A DNA stretch of 37,593 bases from Promethearchaeota archaeon (GCA_019057865.1 JAHLWP010000039.1:1-37593), one strand, 5' to 3'. Positions 17,761 through 28,074 are shown, counted from the first letter of the stretch. Notes: generated by a model from the sequence alone, not told the origin. Made by a program: numbers and translations.

Positions 17761-19749
17761 ATGAGCGATAAGCGAAAAAAATTATGGGAACCATCTAAAA
17801 AATGGATTAAAAATGCAGAAGTGACCCGTTTTATTGAGTTTGTCAATAAGGAATATGGACAGAATATAAAAGGAGGGAAAGATCTATATAGGTGGTCAGT
17901 TGAAAAAATATCTGATTTCTGGGAAGCAATGTGGAATTTTTCGGGAATTATTGCTTCTAAATCTTATGAAAAAGTTATTGAAGACTTAAATGTATTTCCC
18001 GGTACAAAATGGTTTCCTGGTGCAAAGTTAAATTTTGCTGAAAACCTTCTGAAGTATAAAGATGATCAATTAGCTTTTATATTTCAGGGTGAAACTAAGG
18101 TATCAAAGAAAATAACTTACGCAGAATTATACAAAACTGTAGCTCGCCTAGTAAAATCTCTTAAAGATATGGGAATCACTGTTGGTGATCGAATTGTGTC
18201 TTATATTCCAAATCTTATTGAAACACCTACCGTAATGCTGGCAGCTACAGCTATTGGCGCGATTTGGGCTTCTTGTGGTGCTGAGCTTCAACCTAGTGCT
18301 GTTATTGATAGATTTAGTCAAATTGAACCTAAAGTGCTATTTGCTGTAGATGGATATTTTTATAGAGGTAAAGAATTTGATATTAGGGAGAATATTAAAG
18401 CCGTAGTTGATGCTATTCCTTCTATTGAAAATGTTTTCGTGGTGTCTTATATTTCCGATGGTAAAGCTGATGTAAGCAGAATACCAAAGGCAATAAATTG
18501 GGAAGATTTTATTTCCCAAGAGGAAAACCCAGAACTTTATTTTGAGCAATTACCTTTTGATCATCCTATTTATGTGATGTTTTCTTCTGGAACAACTGGG
18601 AAGCCAAAATGTATGGTACAGAGTGGAGGGGGAGTTCTCATCAATCATTTAAAGGAACTTATTCTCTCTACTGATTGTAAAAGAAGTGATGTGATAACTT
18701 ATATTACCGCTCCAAGTTGGATGATGTGGAATTGGTTGATTAGTGCTCTAGCAGTGGGTGCAACTATCTTTTTATATGATGGTAATCCCCTTTATCCCGA
18801 TCCTCTTAGATTTTTTGAATTGATAGAAAAACATAAAATTTCAATATTTGGGACAAGCGCTGCCTATATTCATTATCTTATGGGTCTTGAACTTAAACCT
18901 GCGGAAAAACACGATTTAAGTTCACTTAGAGAAATCTCACAAACGGCATCTACTCTATCCCCTGAAGGATTTGAATATGTTTATCGTGAAATTAAAAAGG
19001 ATTTATTCTTTAACTCGATAAGTGGTGGTACTGATATTAACGGATGTTTTTCGGGGGCAATACCTATTTTACCTGTTTATTCTGGTGAATTACAAGGGAG
19101 AGCACTAGCGATGAAAGTTGAATCCTATAATGATAATGCAGAACCAATAGAAGACGAGCAAGCTGAGCTTGTGTGCGAAGCCCCATCGCCATCTATGCCT
19201 GTATATTTCTGGGGTGACGATGATAATATGACTAAATATAAGGCAGCTTACTTTGACCATTTTAAGGATACTGGAAAGAATGTATGGAGGCATGGTGATT
19301 ATATCGTTATTCACAGCGATACTGGAGGAATTACATTCTGGGGAAGATCTGATGCTGTTCTTAAACCAAGTGGAGTTCGAATTGGAACTGCTGAAATTTA
19401 TAATGTAATTGAACAAGTTCCAGAAATAGCTGATTCGTTAGTGATTGGACAAAAGATCAGTGGTGATATCCGAATTGTAATGTTTGTATTATTAAATGAG
19501 GGTTATGAACTAACAGATGGATTGAAAGAAAAAATTAGAAAAGAACTCCGAACAAAAACATCTCCAAGGCATGTACCTAAAGTTATTTTACAAGCACCCC
19601 CCGACGGTATTCCATATACATTTAGTAATAAAAAAGTCGAGATTGCAGTTACAAAAATCATCCATGGTATGCCTATTGCAAACCGAGGAGCTTTAAGAAA
19701 CCCTGAATCTTTGGATTTCTATGAAAAAATGAGAGATGAATTAGAATAG
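17761..19749 (+). CDS. Acetoacetate--CoA ligase (acetoacetyl-CoA synthetase)
   Basis: WFPGAKLNFAENLL, FSSGTTGKPKC, WMMWNWL, SISGGTDI..CF, PSMPVYFW, W.HGD, GRSDAVL.P.GVRIGTAEIY, SPRHVP. Start taken at ATG 17761. Confidence 0.93.
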   Translation: MSDKRKKLWEPSKKWIKNAEVTRFIEFVNKEYGQNIKGGKDLYRWSVEKISDFWEAMWNFSGIIASKSYEKVIEDLNVFPGTKWFPGAKLNFAENLLKYKDDQLAFIFQGETKVSKKITYAELYKTVARLVKSLKDMGITVGDRIVSYIPNLIETPTVMLAATAIGAIWASCGAELQPSAVIDRFSQIEPKVLFAVDGYFYRGKEFDIRENIKAVVDAIPSIENVFVVSYISDGKADVSRIPKAINWEDFISQEENPELYFEQLPFDHPIYVMFSSGTTGKPKCMVQSGGGVLINHLKELILSTDCKRSDVITYITAPSWMMWNWLISALAVGATIFLYDGNPLYPDPLRFFELIEKHKISIFGTSAAYIHYLMGLELKPAEKHDLSSLREISQTASTLSPEGFEYVYREIKKDLFFNSISGGTDINGCFSGAIPILPVYSGELQGRALAMKVESYNDNAEPIEDEQAELVCEAPSPSMPVYFWGDDDNMTKYKAAYFDHFKDTGKNVWRHGDYIVIHSDTGGITFWGRSDAVLKPSGVRIGTAEIYNVIEQVPEIADSLVIGQKISGDIRIVMFVLLNEGYELTDGLKEKIRKELRTKTSPRHVPKVILQAPPDGIPYTFSNKKVEIAVTKIIHGMPIANRGALRNPESLDFYEKMRDELE

Positions 19750-19768
19750 ATTCAATTTCTTTTTATTC

Positions 19769-20194
19769 TTACTTATTCTTTTTGAATATATTAATTTTCT
19801 TGATTAGATCCTCTGTTGATAGCACTTTTATGTGATTTTGTTCCTTTTTTAGCTTTTTATCATTTGACCAAACTGCAGATTTAAGTGCTAAAGCTAGTGC
19901 TAAATAAACTGAATCTTTAGGATCTGGTGAAAATGCATTCGCTTTTTCAAGAAAGGGAGTAATATTTTTCTGAGGGATAAAAGTAATATATTCTTTTAAT
20001 ATTCGTACAAAATTTCCAAAATTTTCTTTTGATCTGTGTGTTTTTTCAAGAATTTGGTTTTGATATTTGGAAAATTCTTCTAATAAAAATTCTGGCGCAA
20101 ATAATTGAAGTTCATTACTAATAATTAACTCAGCAGTTAAACCTCTCTTTATTAATGCTGCAAATATAATATTAGCATCAATTACCAGTTTCAA
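19769..20194 (-). CDS. vapC: PIN-domain toxin (VapC-like)
   Basis: LVIDANI, EE, DPKD..YLALA, WSNDK acidic PIN motifs. TTG start 5 nt after the antitoxin stop, with GAGGT upstream. Confidence 0.85.
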   Translation of the reverse strand: MKLVIDANIIFAALIKRGLTAELIISNELQLFAPEFLLEEFSKYQNQILEKTHRSKENFGNFVRILKEYITFIPQKNITPFLEKANAFSPDPKDSVYLALALALKSAVWSNDKKLKKEQNHIKVLSTEDLIKKINIFKKNK

Positions 20195-20199
20195 TGTTA

Positions 20200-20421
20200 T
20201 TACCTCATATAACGCTCAGCCAACAATTTACTTACTTCTTTTCCTAATTTTAGGGCGTCTTCAGGAGTAATTTCACTATCCATACGAAATCCTTTTAGAA
20301 ATTTAAGATGGGCTATTTTTTGTTTAATAGATGTTCGAGCGACTTCTGACCAATTAATTTCAGGGAATTCTTCCATTTCCTTTTTTAAATCTTCTGGGAT
20401 TGAAAGGGTTATGTTTGTCAT
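20200..20421 (-). CDS. Ribbon-helix-helix antitoxin (VapB/CopG-like)
   Basis: MTNITLSIPEDLKKEM...INWSEVAR.SI is an RHH pattern; lies directly upstream of the PIN gene. Confidence 0.85.
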   Translation of the reverse strand: MTNITLSIPEDLKKEMEEFPEINWSEVARTSIKQKIAHLKFLKGFRMDSEITPEDALKLGKEVSKLLAERYMR

Positions 20422-20634
20422 TTTTTTAAATTTTTTTTAATCTATGTGAATTTATGTGAATACACATATTAATATTTTTCTTTTAAATAATATAACTTAA
20501 ACAAATTGGATTTGTAAATGTTCTATTTTTACTCTTAAAAATTGATTATAAACCTAAAATAAATTTATTTTCTTTTTTTCGTTATTAATAAAAAATATTA
20601 GAAAATTAGAAGCTTATTAATAACTATTACTGCT

Positions 20635-22509
20635 CTAACTATTTGATTTTTTTATTTCAAGTTTTTCCAAGGTTTCTTCTAAAGGAAAACCCGTATCCCA
20701 ATCCCAACCTCGCTTTTTATAATAAACTTTCAAGTTTTCTTCTAAATCCACAGCAATTCCTGCACTACCACCCGATTTTAGAGCGGTTGATACTATTTTT
20801 GGTAGATAATCATCTTCTCGCTTACAACCAAGTTTACACGAAATTAATCTTTTCAAATTTGAAGCTCGTTCTCCAATTTTAAACAAAGTTCCACTACTCC
20901 CAAAAGATTGAATCCCCGTAGCTGCTTTGAGTAACCTTGTTAAAGCAATGTCATTAATATGTGTAAAATTGCAAATAACAGCTGAATCGTATATATTAGT
21001 TAAATCTTGATATGCTATAATTGCATTCTCTCTTTTATTTACAGTAAATCTATCTTTCTTTCTAATTTTTGTATATGAAGCAGCGTCTCCATCAATATTA
21101 TAGAAATCTCCTTTATTATGGTTAGCTCCGGTACAACTTGTCATATAAGAAAGAGCCTGTCCTAGATAAGCACGTGGATCATGCATTGGTATTTCTAAAC
21201 CTTTTACATGTGCAGCTAAATCAGGATCAACTCCAAACTTTTCAGCCATTACTTTTACCCCTTCTGCTAAAATAGCTCCAATCCCTTCTCGTTTGATGAT
21301 TAGTTCTAGTAAGGATAATACAATTACCTCATTCCCCCAGCGAATATCTTCTAATTTAATAGGGGCTATATATTTTTTAATCTCTTCTATGGCGATTTTA
21401 TTTTCAACTAGGTAGATTAAAAAGGATATGGACACGCCACTAGAAATAGTATCTACACCATCAAGATTACATATGTGATTTGCTTTTATTATCGGTTTAA
21501 AATCTAAGATGCCACACATTGGCCCAAATGCGGCAGTGGTTTCATACTCGGGACCATCAACTTCTATCTCCTTGCCATCCATCTCAAAGAGTGTTGTTCT
21601 ACCACATCCAATAGAACATCCCGCACAAGCATATTTTAATACAACATATTGCTCTTTTAAAGCTCTTCCTGTTAAATTTTCTGCAACAAATTCACTACTT
21701 GTGAAATATTTTGCGGGAACATCTCCAATAACCATACCCATATCTGTATAAATTAGAGTCCCGTAGTGAGCAAAAAAGTTTGTAGCAAATGGGATTAGTA
21801 TCTTTTCCAGCGTATCTTTACCTTGAATTCTCAATTCTTCACTATCAAAATATTCAATCGTTTGATTTCCTTTAATAGCGATTGCTTTTAGTTTCTTTTT
21901 TCCCATCACTGCTCCTAATCCGCACCTACCTGCTGCTCTTCCTTCATCATTGATAATTCCGGCGTATTTTACTAAATTCTCACCCGCCTTCCCAATACAG
22001 GCTACTCTAAATTTCTCATCGTTTAAAAGCGCTCTAACGGAAGTAATTGTGTCTTGGGTGTTTTTTCCCCATAAGGAATCAGCATCCTTAATTTCTATTT
22101 TACCATCAATAATCACAATGATCTTAGGCTTTTCCGCATTACCAGTGACAACAATTGCATCATATCCACTTCTCTTTAAAGCAATAGGAAAAAATCCTCC
22201 TGAAGTTGATTCACCCCAAATTCCAGTAAGAGGTGAAATCCCTGTAACACAATATCTACTACTAGAAGGTGTCATTGTTCCTGTTAATGGACCCGTAGCG
22301 AAAATTAAGGGATTAATACTTGAGAAAGGGTCTTTTTGTAAGGTTTGAAAATCACTATCCGAAAGCAAATCATATGTAAGTTTTGCTGAAAGTCCTGCTC
22401 CTCCCAGATAATCTTCGGCAATTTTATGGTCAAGATCCTTTACTTCTATTTTCATTGAATCTAAATCAATATACGCAATTTTACCGTTATAACCATTTAA
22501 TTTTTCCAT
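20635..22509 (-). CDS. aor: Aldehyde ferredoxin oxidoreductase family (tungstopterin)
   Basis: GYNGKI..IDL, YLGG.GL, GPLTG, SPLTG..GES.SGG, GR.G.GAVMG.K.LKAI, ACAGCSIGC, GPEYET, DTIS.G, VKGLEIP.HDPR, YY..RGWD..G.P. Confidence 0.93.
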   Translation of the reverse strand: MEKLNGYNGKIAYIDLDSMKIEVKDLDHKIAEDYLGGAGLSAKLTYDLLSDSDFQTLQKDPFSSINPLIFATGPLTGTMTPSSSRYCVTGISPLTGIWGESTSGGFFPIALKRSGYDAIVVTGNAEKPKIIVIIDGKIEIKDADSLWGKNTQDTITSVRALLNDEKFRVACIGKAGENLVKYAGIINDEGRAAGRCGLGAVMGKKKLKAIAIKGNQTIEYFDSEELRIQGKDTLEKILIPFATNFFAHYGTLIYTDMGMVIGDVPAKYFTSSEFVAENLTGRALKEQYVVLKYACAGCSIGCGRTTLFEMDGKEIEVDGPEYETTAAFGPMCGILDFKPIIKANHICNLDGVDTISSGVSISFLIYLVENKIAIEEIKKYIAPIKLEDIRWGNEVIVLSLLELIIKREGIGAILAEGVKVMAEKFGVDPDLAAHVKGLEIPMHDPRAYLGQALSYMTSCTGANHNKGDFYNIDGDAASYTKIRKKDRFTVNKRENAIIAYQDLTNIYDSAVICNFTHINDIALTRLLKAATGIQSFGSSGTLFKIGERASNLKRLISCKLGCKREDDYLPKIVSTALKSGGSAGIAVDLEENLKVYYKKRGWDWDTGFPLEETLEKLEIKKSNS

Positions 22510-22521
22510 TTTTATTTCCTC

Positions 22522-23829
22522 CTAAGAATAATACAAATTCATTAAATCTTCTAATTTATTTTCATAAGTAATTTCCAATATCTTTCTATATTGTAATTCA
22601 CTGATCTTTCGAGTAGAGGAGAGTGTACAATAATCATTGAAAGCAAAATCGACCATTTGATCCATTTGCGCCATATATTCCTCTTTTGAGATTTTAGGGC
22701 TTTCAATCTCCAAAATAGATAAGGGACAATTTACGTTACTCATAAATGTTCTTAAACCAACTAATAATTCCTTTAAAATCTCATCTCTAGGACGGTCTTC
22801 TACATCGATTTTAAAAAGTTTTGCAAGCTCATAAAATCGGTTGGTAACCTTTGACTGAAAAGCAATAGAAGCACATAAAAATACTCCTACACAGATGCCA
22901 TGATGAACATGAAATAGTGCTCCAAATGAGTGTCCTAAAGAATGTTCTATACCTCCAGAAATATTTCCAAAACCTATTCCTGCGATATATGCTGCCATCT
23001 GCATTTTTTCACGAGCTTCCATATCATTTCCTCGTTTCACCGAACGAGGTAAATAGTCTAAAATAAGCTCTATTGCTTTCAAGTTATGCATATCAGTAAA
23101 CAATGTACTCATTGTAAGCATGTACGATCCCATAGAGTGAGCAAGTGCATCCATGCCAGTACCCATGGTTAAGGTTGGTGGCATTGTTTTTACAAAATCA
23201 GGATGGAGTACCACAAAATCAGGGCAAAATTCATATAAAACAACCTCCGTCTTCTTAGGTGGATCTCTATCTGTATCCGTTACAACTGCTATAAACGTGG
23301 TTTCTGCACCTGTTCCAGAAGTTGTTGGTATCGCTGCTAGAATTTTAACTTTTTTCCGAAGACCTGCATAATAAGGAGCACTCATATTATTGATATTAAT
23401 CTCTGGTTTTTCATAAAATAATAGAATTAACTTCGCAGTATCCATGGCAGATCCACCTCCTACGGCTAGAATTATTTTAGGATCATATTCTTCACAAATT
23501 TTTGCGCCCTCAAGTATCGTATTTCTAGGCGCATCAGGAAGGACATTATCATAAAATTTACTATCAATACCTCTTTGACCCATTCTATCGGCAACCCTTT
23601 CTCCGAGTCTTCGCAAATCTTTATCAACGACGATTAACACACGCTTCTCATCATCAGATAAATACGCAGAAATGTGATTAATAAAATCGTTTAAACTATT
23701 AGTTCCAACGAAAGTAGTTTTTGGACTTATAATAGGTGAATGGTAACCCCTAAAAGCATTGCTGCCTGCTTTAATATACAGACTTTTAAGCATGTCATTT
23801 TCATACCATGCAATATCTCTTCTTGACAT
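22522..23829 (-). CDS. Iron-containing alcohol dehydrogenase
   Basis: AVGGGSAMDTAK, AIPTTSGTGAE, GMDALAH, HSLGH, HVHHG. The stop overlaps a GGAGG site for aor (12-bp gap). Confidence 0.92.
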   Translation of the reverse strand: MSRRDIAWYENDMLKSLYIKAGSNAFRGYHSPIISPKTTFVGTNSLNDFINHISAYLSDDEKRVLIVVDKDLRRLGERVADRMGQRGIDSKFYDNVLPDAPRNTILEGAKICEEYDPKIILAVGGGSAMDTAKLILLFYEKPEININNMSAPYYAGLRKKVKILAAIPTTSGTGAETTFIAVVTDTDRDPPKKTEVVLYEFCPDFVVLHPDFVKTMPPTLTMGTGMDALAHSMGSYMLTMSTLFTDMHNLKAIELILDYLPRSVKRGNDMEAREKMQMAAYIAGIGFGNISGGIEHSLGHSFGALFHVHHGICVGVFLCASIAFQSKVTNRFYELAKLFKIDVEDRPRDEILKELLVGLRTFMSNVNCPLSILEIESPKISKEEYMAQMDQMVDFAFNDYCTLSSTRKISELQYRKILEITYENKLEDLMNLYYS

Positions 23830-24144
23830 AGAAATTTTCCCTTTTATGGTGAGTAAATAATATTCATTATTTTACAATGAATTTATATTTTCATAGAAGT
23901 TTAAATTTTATTCCTTTCAGCATTTCGAAAGAAATGGAGTTTTGACATTTTAGTATAATAGATCTTTTGAGTAGAGCCATAGCCCTCGAAAAATCTTTAT
24001 TATTAAATTTACTTTTCTCATTAATTTATTTATTTCTCAAAAAAAATTCGAGAAGGAAAAAAATAAACAATATTTTTTTCTATTTGGTTGAGATTTGGGA
24101 ATGTAATCTAATCTAATTTTTTCATGTTGTTCTATGTAATTGAT

Positions 24145-24276
24145 CTACCCAACATTCATATTCTTGAAGTCCGATATATTCCTTAAAAAAACAGTGATAT
24201 AGAGAAATTTGCCTCCTGCTATGCCAACGAATTTGGCACTCTCATGTTGCCCAAGCTCTTTACTAACTTCATTTAT
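24145..24276 (-). pseudogene. Possible fragment of an Lrp/AsnC-type regulator gene
   Basis: A start-less minus frame reads INEVSKELGQHESAKFVGIAGGKFLYITVFLRNIS and continues as LQEY after a 1-nt shift. It resembles my recollection of archaeal tandem Lrp/AsnC regulators ('GG.FLYI..YLRNISEL'). Confidence 0.35.
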
Positions 24277-24294
24277 AAATATATTTTCTTTTGT

Positions 24295-25128
24295 TTAATC
24301 AACCCAAAAGTCTTTTGCCAATCGTCTTCTAGTCTGCCACAAGCCATCTTTGCGAATAAATCCGATAACACCCTTTCCTTGATCAGCGTCTTTTATTTTC
24401 CACATTCCATTAACAGCTCCAGTCAAGCCAGCTGATAAAACTTCAAAACCTTGAGCAGTATACAAGTCGCATTCAACTCCACGGTTAATTATAAATTTAA
24501 GCTGACGCATGCCTTGCTGGTTTTTAGATTTAAGTACTTCCAATAACTTTTCCACCTCATTATCGAGTTGGTCATCAGGAACTAATCTATTCCATAAATT
24601 CCATTCGACGGCTTTTCTACCAGAATGAAGTGCACCAAGAAGATTTATTTCTTTCGCCCTCCTTCGACCAATTAGTCGAGCCAATCGTGTCGTACCCCCC
24701 CATCCAGGTGTTATTCCAACATCTACTTCAGGCATACCCCATTTTGAGCGTTCAGTAGCGATAACAAAATCACACGCCATGGTTATTTCTAAACCACCAC
24801 CGACCGCATATCCGTCTACTGCAGCAATTGTAATTTTATCTAACTCTTCAAGTTGATTAGCCATATTTTGATAATACCTTGCACGTCTAGTAATATCGTT
24901 TGCATCACCCCACCTCATCATTTCACTAATATCGTCACCAACACAGAAATTATTCCCTGCTCCCTTTATAACTAAAAATTTAAGATTTTTAGATCTTCTG
25001 ACAATTTCTATTGCTGAAACTATCTCATCAGAGAGTTTCATGCTTAACGCATTCTTAACTTCGGGACGATTAAGCGTTATAAACGCTGTTTTATCCTTCA
25101 CTTCATATATTAAATTTTCAAAATTCAT
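24295..25128 (-). CDS. Enoyl-CoA hydratase/isomerase family protein
   Basis: ITLNRPEVKNALS, FCVGDDI, IAAVDGYAVGGGLE..MACD, GMPEVDVGITPGWGGTTRL.RLIG; both catalytic Glu are present. Confidence 0.93.
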   Translation of the reverse strand: MNFENLIYEVKDKTAFITLNRPEVKNALSMKLSDEIVSAIEIVRRSKNLKFLVIKGAGNNFCVGDDISEMMRWGDANDITRRARYYQNMANQLEELDKITIAAVDGYAVGGGLEITMACDFVIATERSKWGMPEVDVGITPGWGGTTRLARLIGRRRAKEINLLGALHSGRKAVEWNLWNRLVPDDQLDNEVEKLLEVLKSKNQQGMRQLKFIINRGVECDLYTAQGFEVLSAGLTGAVNGMWKIKDADQGKGVIGFIRKDGLWQTRRRLAKDFWVD

Positions 25129-25239
25129 AATTTACTCTTAATTAAAACATAAAAATAAATTTACCCAGATTTCTACATGTGAGTGAAAAATAACTTTTTT
25201 TTCAATATTATTTTAAATAATTAGGATAAAACTTTTAAA

Positions 25240-25872
25240 ATGGAGATATTTGGATTTATTATGGATTCATATGATAAATTACCTGATGTAGAGATCAAAC
25301 CTGTTGGAAAATTATCAAAAAAGTTTTTAGAGCTAGGTATTAAATCATTTAGAGAAGCCTGCGATTATGTACATCATAGTGAGTATGGGTATAATACCAA
25401 TGTTGATGATAAAATGATATTTTTTAAGGAAAATATGGGTACGTGCACAACCAAACATGCGGTAATAGCTGGTCTTGCGGAAGAACTTAATATACCACTA
25501 CATAAACATGTAGGTGTCTATAAATTTACAGAAGAAATCTCTACTGGTGCAAATGAAATTCTAAAAAAATATAATTTACCTTATGTACCTATGGCTCACT
25601 GTTTTTTGGTATATAATGATCATCGTTTTGATCTAACAGAAGGTAATAGCAACGGGAAAAATACATCTATCGAGGAATTTATTTACACAGAAAAAGTAGA
25701 TCCGTTTATCAGCAGAAAAGATGAGTATTTATTGTATAAAAAAGCATTAAAGGAATATGTTCTATCATCTAAGGAAATAGAAGGAATTACTGAGAGAACC
25801 ATATTAAAGGCAAGAGAAGAATCCATTATTCTTTTAAAGAAAAATGTGGAGAAGCAAAAAAGTATAGTATAG
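25240..25872 (+). CDS. Hypothetical protein, possible transglutaminase-like Cys-His-Asp fold
   Basis: GTCTTKHA ... AHCFL ... RFDLT, in the order and context of transglutaminase-like triads. Confidence 0.6.
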   Translation: MEIFGFIMDSYDKLPDVEIKPVGKLSKKFLELGIKSFREACDYVHHSEYGYNTNVDDKMIFFKENMGTCTTKHAVIAGLAEELNIPLHKHVGVYKFTEEISTGANEILKKYNLPYVPMAHCFLVYNDHRFDLTEGNSNGKNTSIEEFIYTEKVDPFISRKDEYLLYKKALKEYVLSSKEIEGITERTILKAREESIILLKKNVEKQKSIV

Positions 25873-26027
25873 AGTATACTTATTTTTATAAAAATAATGA
25901 TTTTTAAAATATTAATTAAAAAAAAAAGATAAGGTTCGATAACAATCGCAAAAAAAGATTTTTACTAATTATTATTTAATACTTATACGAAATTATTTCT
26001 TTTGTAGATTTATAGTAATTCCTAAAA

Positions 26028-26288
26028 TTAAATCCGAAATCCACTTTTATATGCACTTTGAGGTGCTTTTTCAATAACAACAACATTACTTGCCTGAGGC
26101 CCTTTGTTACCTTGAATAACATCAAATTCAACTTTGTCCAACTCATTCAAAGTTAAATATTCATCTTCTCCTCCAGCTAAAGCACTGTAATGAACAAATA
26201 CATCATTTCCTTCTTCAGAATTTATAAATCCATAACCTTTACGGCTATTAAACCATTTTACTGTTCCTTTGACCAATTTTATAACCAA
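26028..26288 (-). CDS. Cold-shock domain protein
   Basis: [14 protein letters not shown] (RNP1), DVFVHYS (RNP2), V.F....G.KGPQA.NV. Start uncertain (TTG 26288 or 26276). Confidence 0.93.
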   Translation of the reverse strand: MVIKLVKGTVKWFNSRKGYGFINSEEGNDVFVHYSALAGGEDEYLTLNELDKVEFDVIQGNKGPQASNVVVIEKAPQSAYKSGFRI

Positions 26289-26402
26289 ATTTTTTTTTCG
26301 AAATTAATTCTTAAAGTTTTAATACTAAAAGAATTAATTAATGAAAGAATCCAAGTGTAATAAACTTTTGACTTTTTTGATATTATGGGAAAAAAAGAGT
26401 TG

Positions 26403-26834
26403 TTAAAAATAATCTAAAGCTCCGGTGTGCATAATTAATTTCCATTCATTATTAGACATTCTTGTATAAACCTTACACACACGACCTTTCCAATGGTTTT
26501 TATTTCCTTCAGAATCTATCCAGAGTGAATCAATATCAACAACTGCAAATGCGCCATCCCCTTCTTTAGAGATTTCAATTTTCTTAATTTCTCTTTTATT
26601 ATGAACTAGCTTATGGGTATCAAATAGAGTCTTCCACCCCTTTTTCCATCTCTCATAATCATATCTCCCTAATTCAAAATACCATTCCATTGGATCGTGA
26701 GAGTGAGATGTTTTTGGGAATGGCCAAACTATATCTGGATGAAAAATAGTCATTAATAAGTCAACATCTTGTGTATCCCATGCTTTTGTCTCTCGATTTA
26801 CAATTTCTTCAATTTCTTTTTCAATTTCTGCCAT
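26403..26834 (-). CDS. NTF2-like / SnoaL-like (DUF4440) protein
   Basis: AW...DVD.L..IFHPD, GD.AFAV, terminal 'WKLIMH'. Confidence 0.8.
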   Translation of the reverse strand: MAEIEKEIEEIVNRETKAWDTQDVDLLMTIFHPDIVWPFPKTSHSHDPMEWYFELGRYDYERWKKGWKTLFDTHKLVHNKREIKKIEISKEGDGAFAVVDIDSLWIDSEGNKNHWKGRVCKVYTRMSNNEWKLIMHTGALDYF

Positions 26835-26972
26835 ATAAATCGAAATAATTTTTTATAATTTATTGTCTTAGCTTTTTTATTAATCTAATTCTTATCGTTT
26901 TAATAAATCTAATACTGAATAATTAACATAATTGGAAATCACTGCCTTCAAAATTGAAGTAAATAAAAAAAT

Positions 26973-27764
26973 CTAAAAAATAAATAACTTTATTAATGAA
27001 AATAATCCAATACCAATAGCGTATATAGGTATAAAGTACTTCCAAATTTTATTAGGAAGAACTCTTACTAAATAAGGGGCAATAAGTGCCGCAAAAAATC
27101 CTCCTGTAAATAATGATGGAAGAAGTACGAGATCTACTTCGATACCAGCAAAACTTATAAGAAAAAACGTTATAATACCTACAATTGAAACAATAGATTC
27201 TGCAAAAGATACTATTGCGGTTGCACTTTTTTCATAAACCCCCGAAAATAGTTGACCCATTGTAATAACTGGACCATATCCCCCTCCTCCAATCCCTTTA
27301 TTAAAACCTGCTAATGCAGAAAAGCCTATTAGCATTTTCAGGCGTTTTTTAGATTGTTCCGTTTTACTTAGTTTTATTCTAATAAATCCCGAAATACCCA
27401 TAAAAATAACTAAGATTGCTACATATATTTTTATCAACAAATCAGGGAATTTAATTACAAAATAACCAAGAAGAACTGATGTAAATATAGCTAAACAACC
27501 AAAAAAAGCAATCATCAGAGAAATTTTTGTGGCATCATTTAAAGGATGGAAAGAATAACGAACATTTTTAAATTCATGATCAAAAAATGTATCAATAAAC
27601 CCTGTTATTGCTTCTGAAATTAAAATAGCTGGAACAACTTGAAGTGGAGTATAATTAAATAAGAATAATAATGGTGATAATGCAGTTCCGAAACCCATAC
27701 CAGCCATAGAATCCATAGATTCAAAAAGAAACGCTAATAAAATTATATATAAAATTAGATCCAT
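26973..27764 (-). CDS. Sulfite exporter TauE/SafE family membrane protein
   Basis: Multiple TM helices; GMGFGT..SPLL in the first half and GIGGGGYGP in the second (duplicated TSUP motif). Confidence 0.88.
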   Translation of the reverse strand: MDLILYIILLAFLFESMDSMAGMGFGTALSPLLFLFNYTPLQVVPAILISEAITGFIDTFFDHEFKNVRYSFHPLNDATKISLMIAFFGCLAIFTSVLLGYFVIKFPDLLIKIYVAILVIFMGISGFIRIKLSKTEQSKKRLKMLIGFSALAGFNKGIGGGGYGPVITMGQLFSGVYEKSATAIVSFAESIVSIVGIITFFLISFAGIEVDLVLLPSLFTGGFFAALIAPYLVRVLPNKIWKYFIPIYAIGIGLFSLIKLFIF

Positions 27765-27776
27765 ACCTTTATAACC

Positions 27777-27932
27777 TTATAAGAAGATACTGAAAATTAT
27801 CATGGTTATAAAATAGATCAAGGTAGCTCCAACTACTTTTTTAAAAATACTCTTTTCTACTCTTATTCTTTCTGAAATATGTTTACTATCTAATTCCTTA
27901 GCCTCTGTGCCAATTTCCCAATTATTATTCAT
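27777..27932 (-). CDS. Unannotated 51-aa protein with a single C-terminal TM helix
   Basis: Hand translation: MNNNWEIGTEAKELDSKHISERIRVEKSIFKKVVGATLIYFITMIIFSIFL*. Stops 12 nt before the TauE ATG. Confidence 0.6.
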   Translation of the reverse strand: MNNNWEIGTEAKELDSKHISERIRVEKSIFKKVVGATLIYFITMIIFSIFL

Positions 27933-28074
27933 ATTTCGTCAAGTTGTATTTAATTATAAAATATTATCTATAATTAAATATAATTACATACCATTATTTA
28001 AAACTTTTGAATTTTATAATTGATTATATCTTATACTGAAAAATTAATTATTCACTACTTCATTAATGTGCTTT

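Noticed and set aside
26028-26288. Cold-shock protein as a novelty
   Set aside because: CSD proteins are patchy but known in archaea, and this sequence is canonical.
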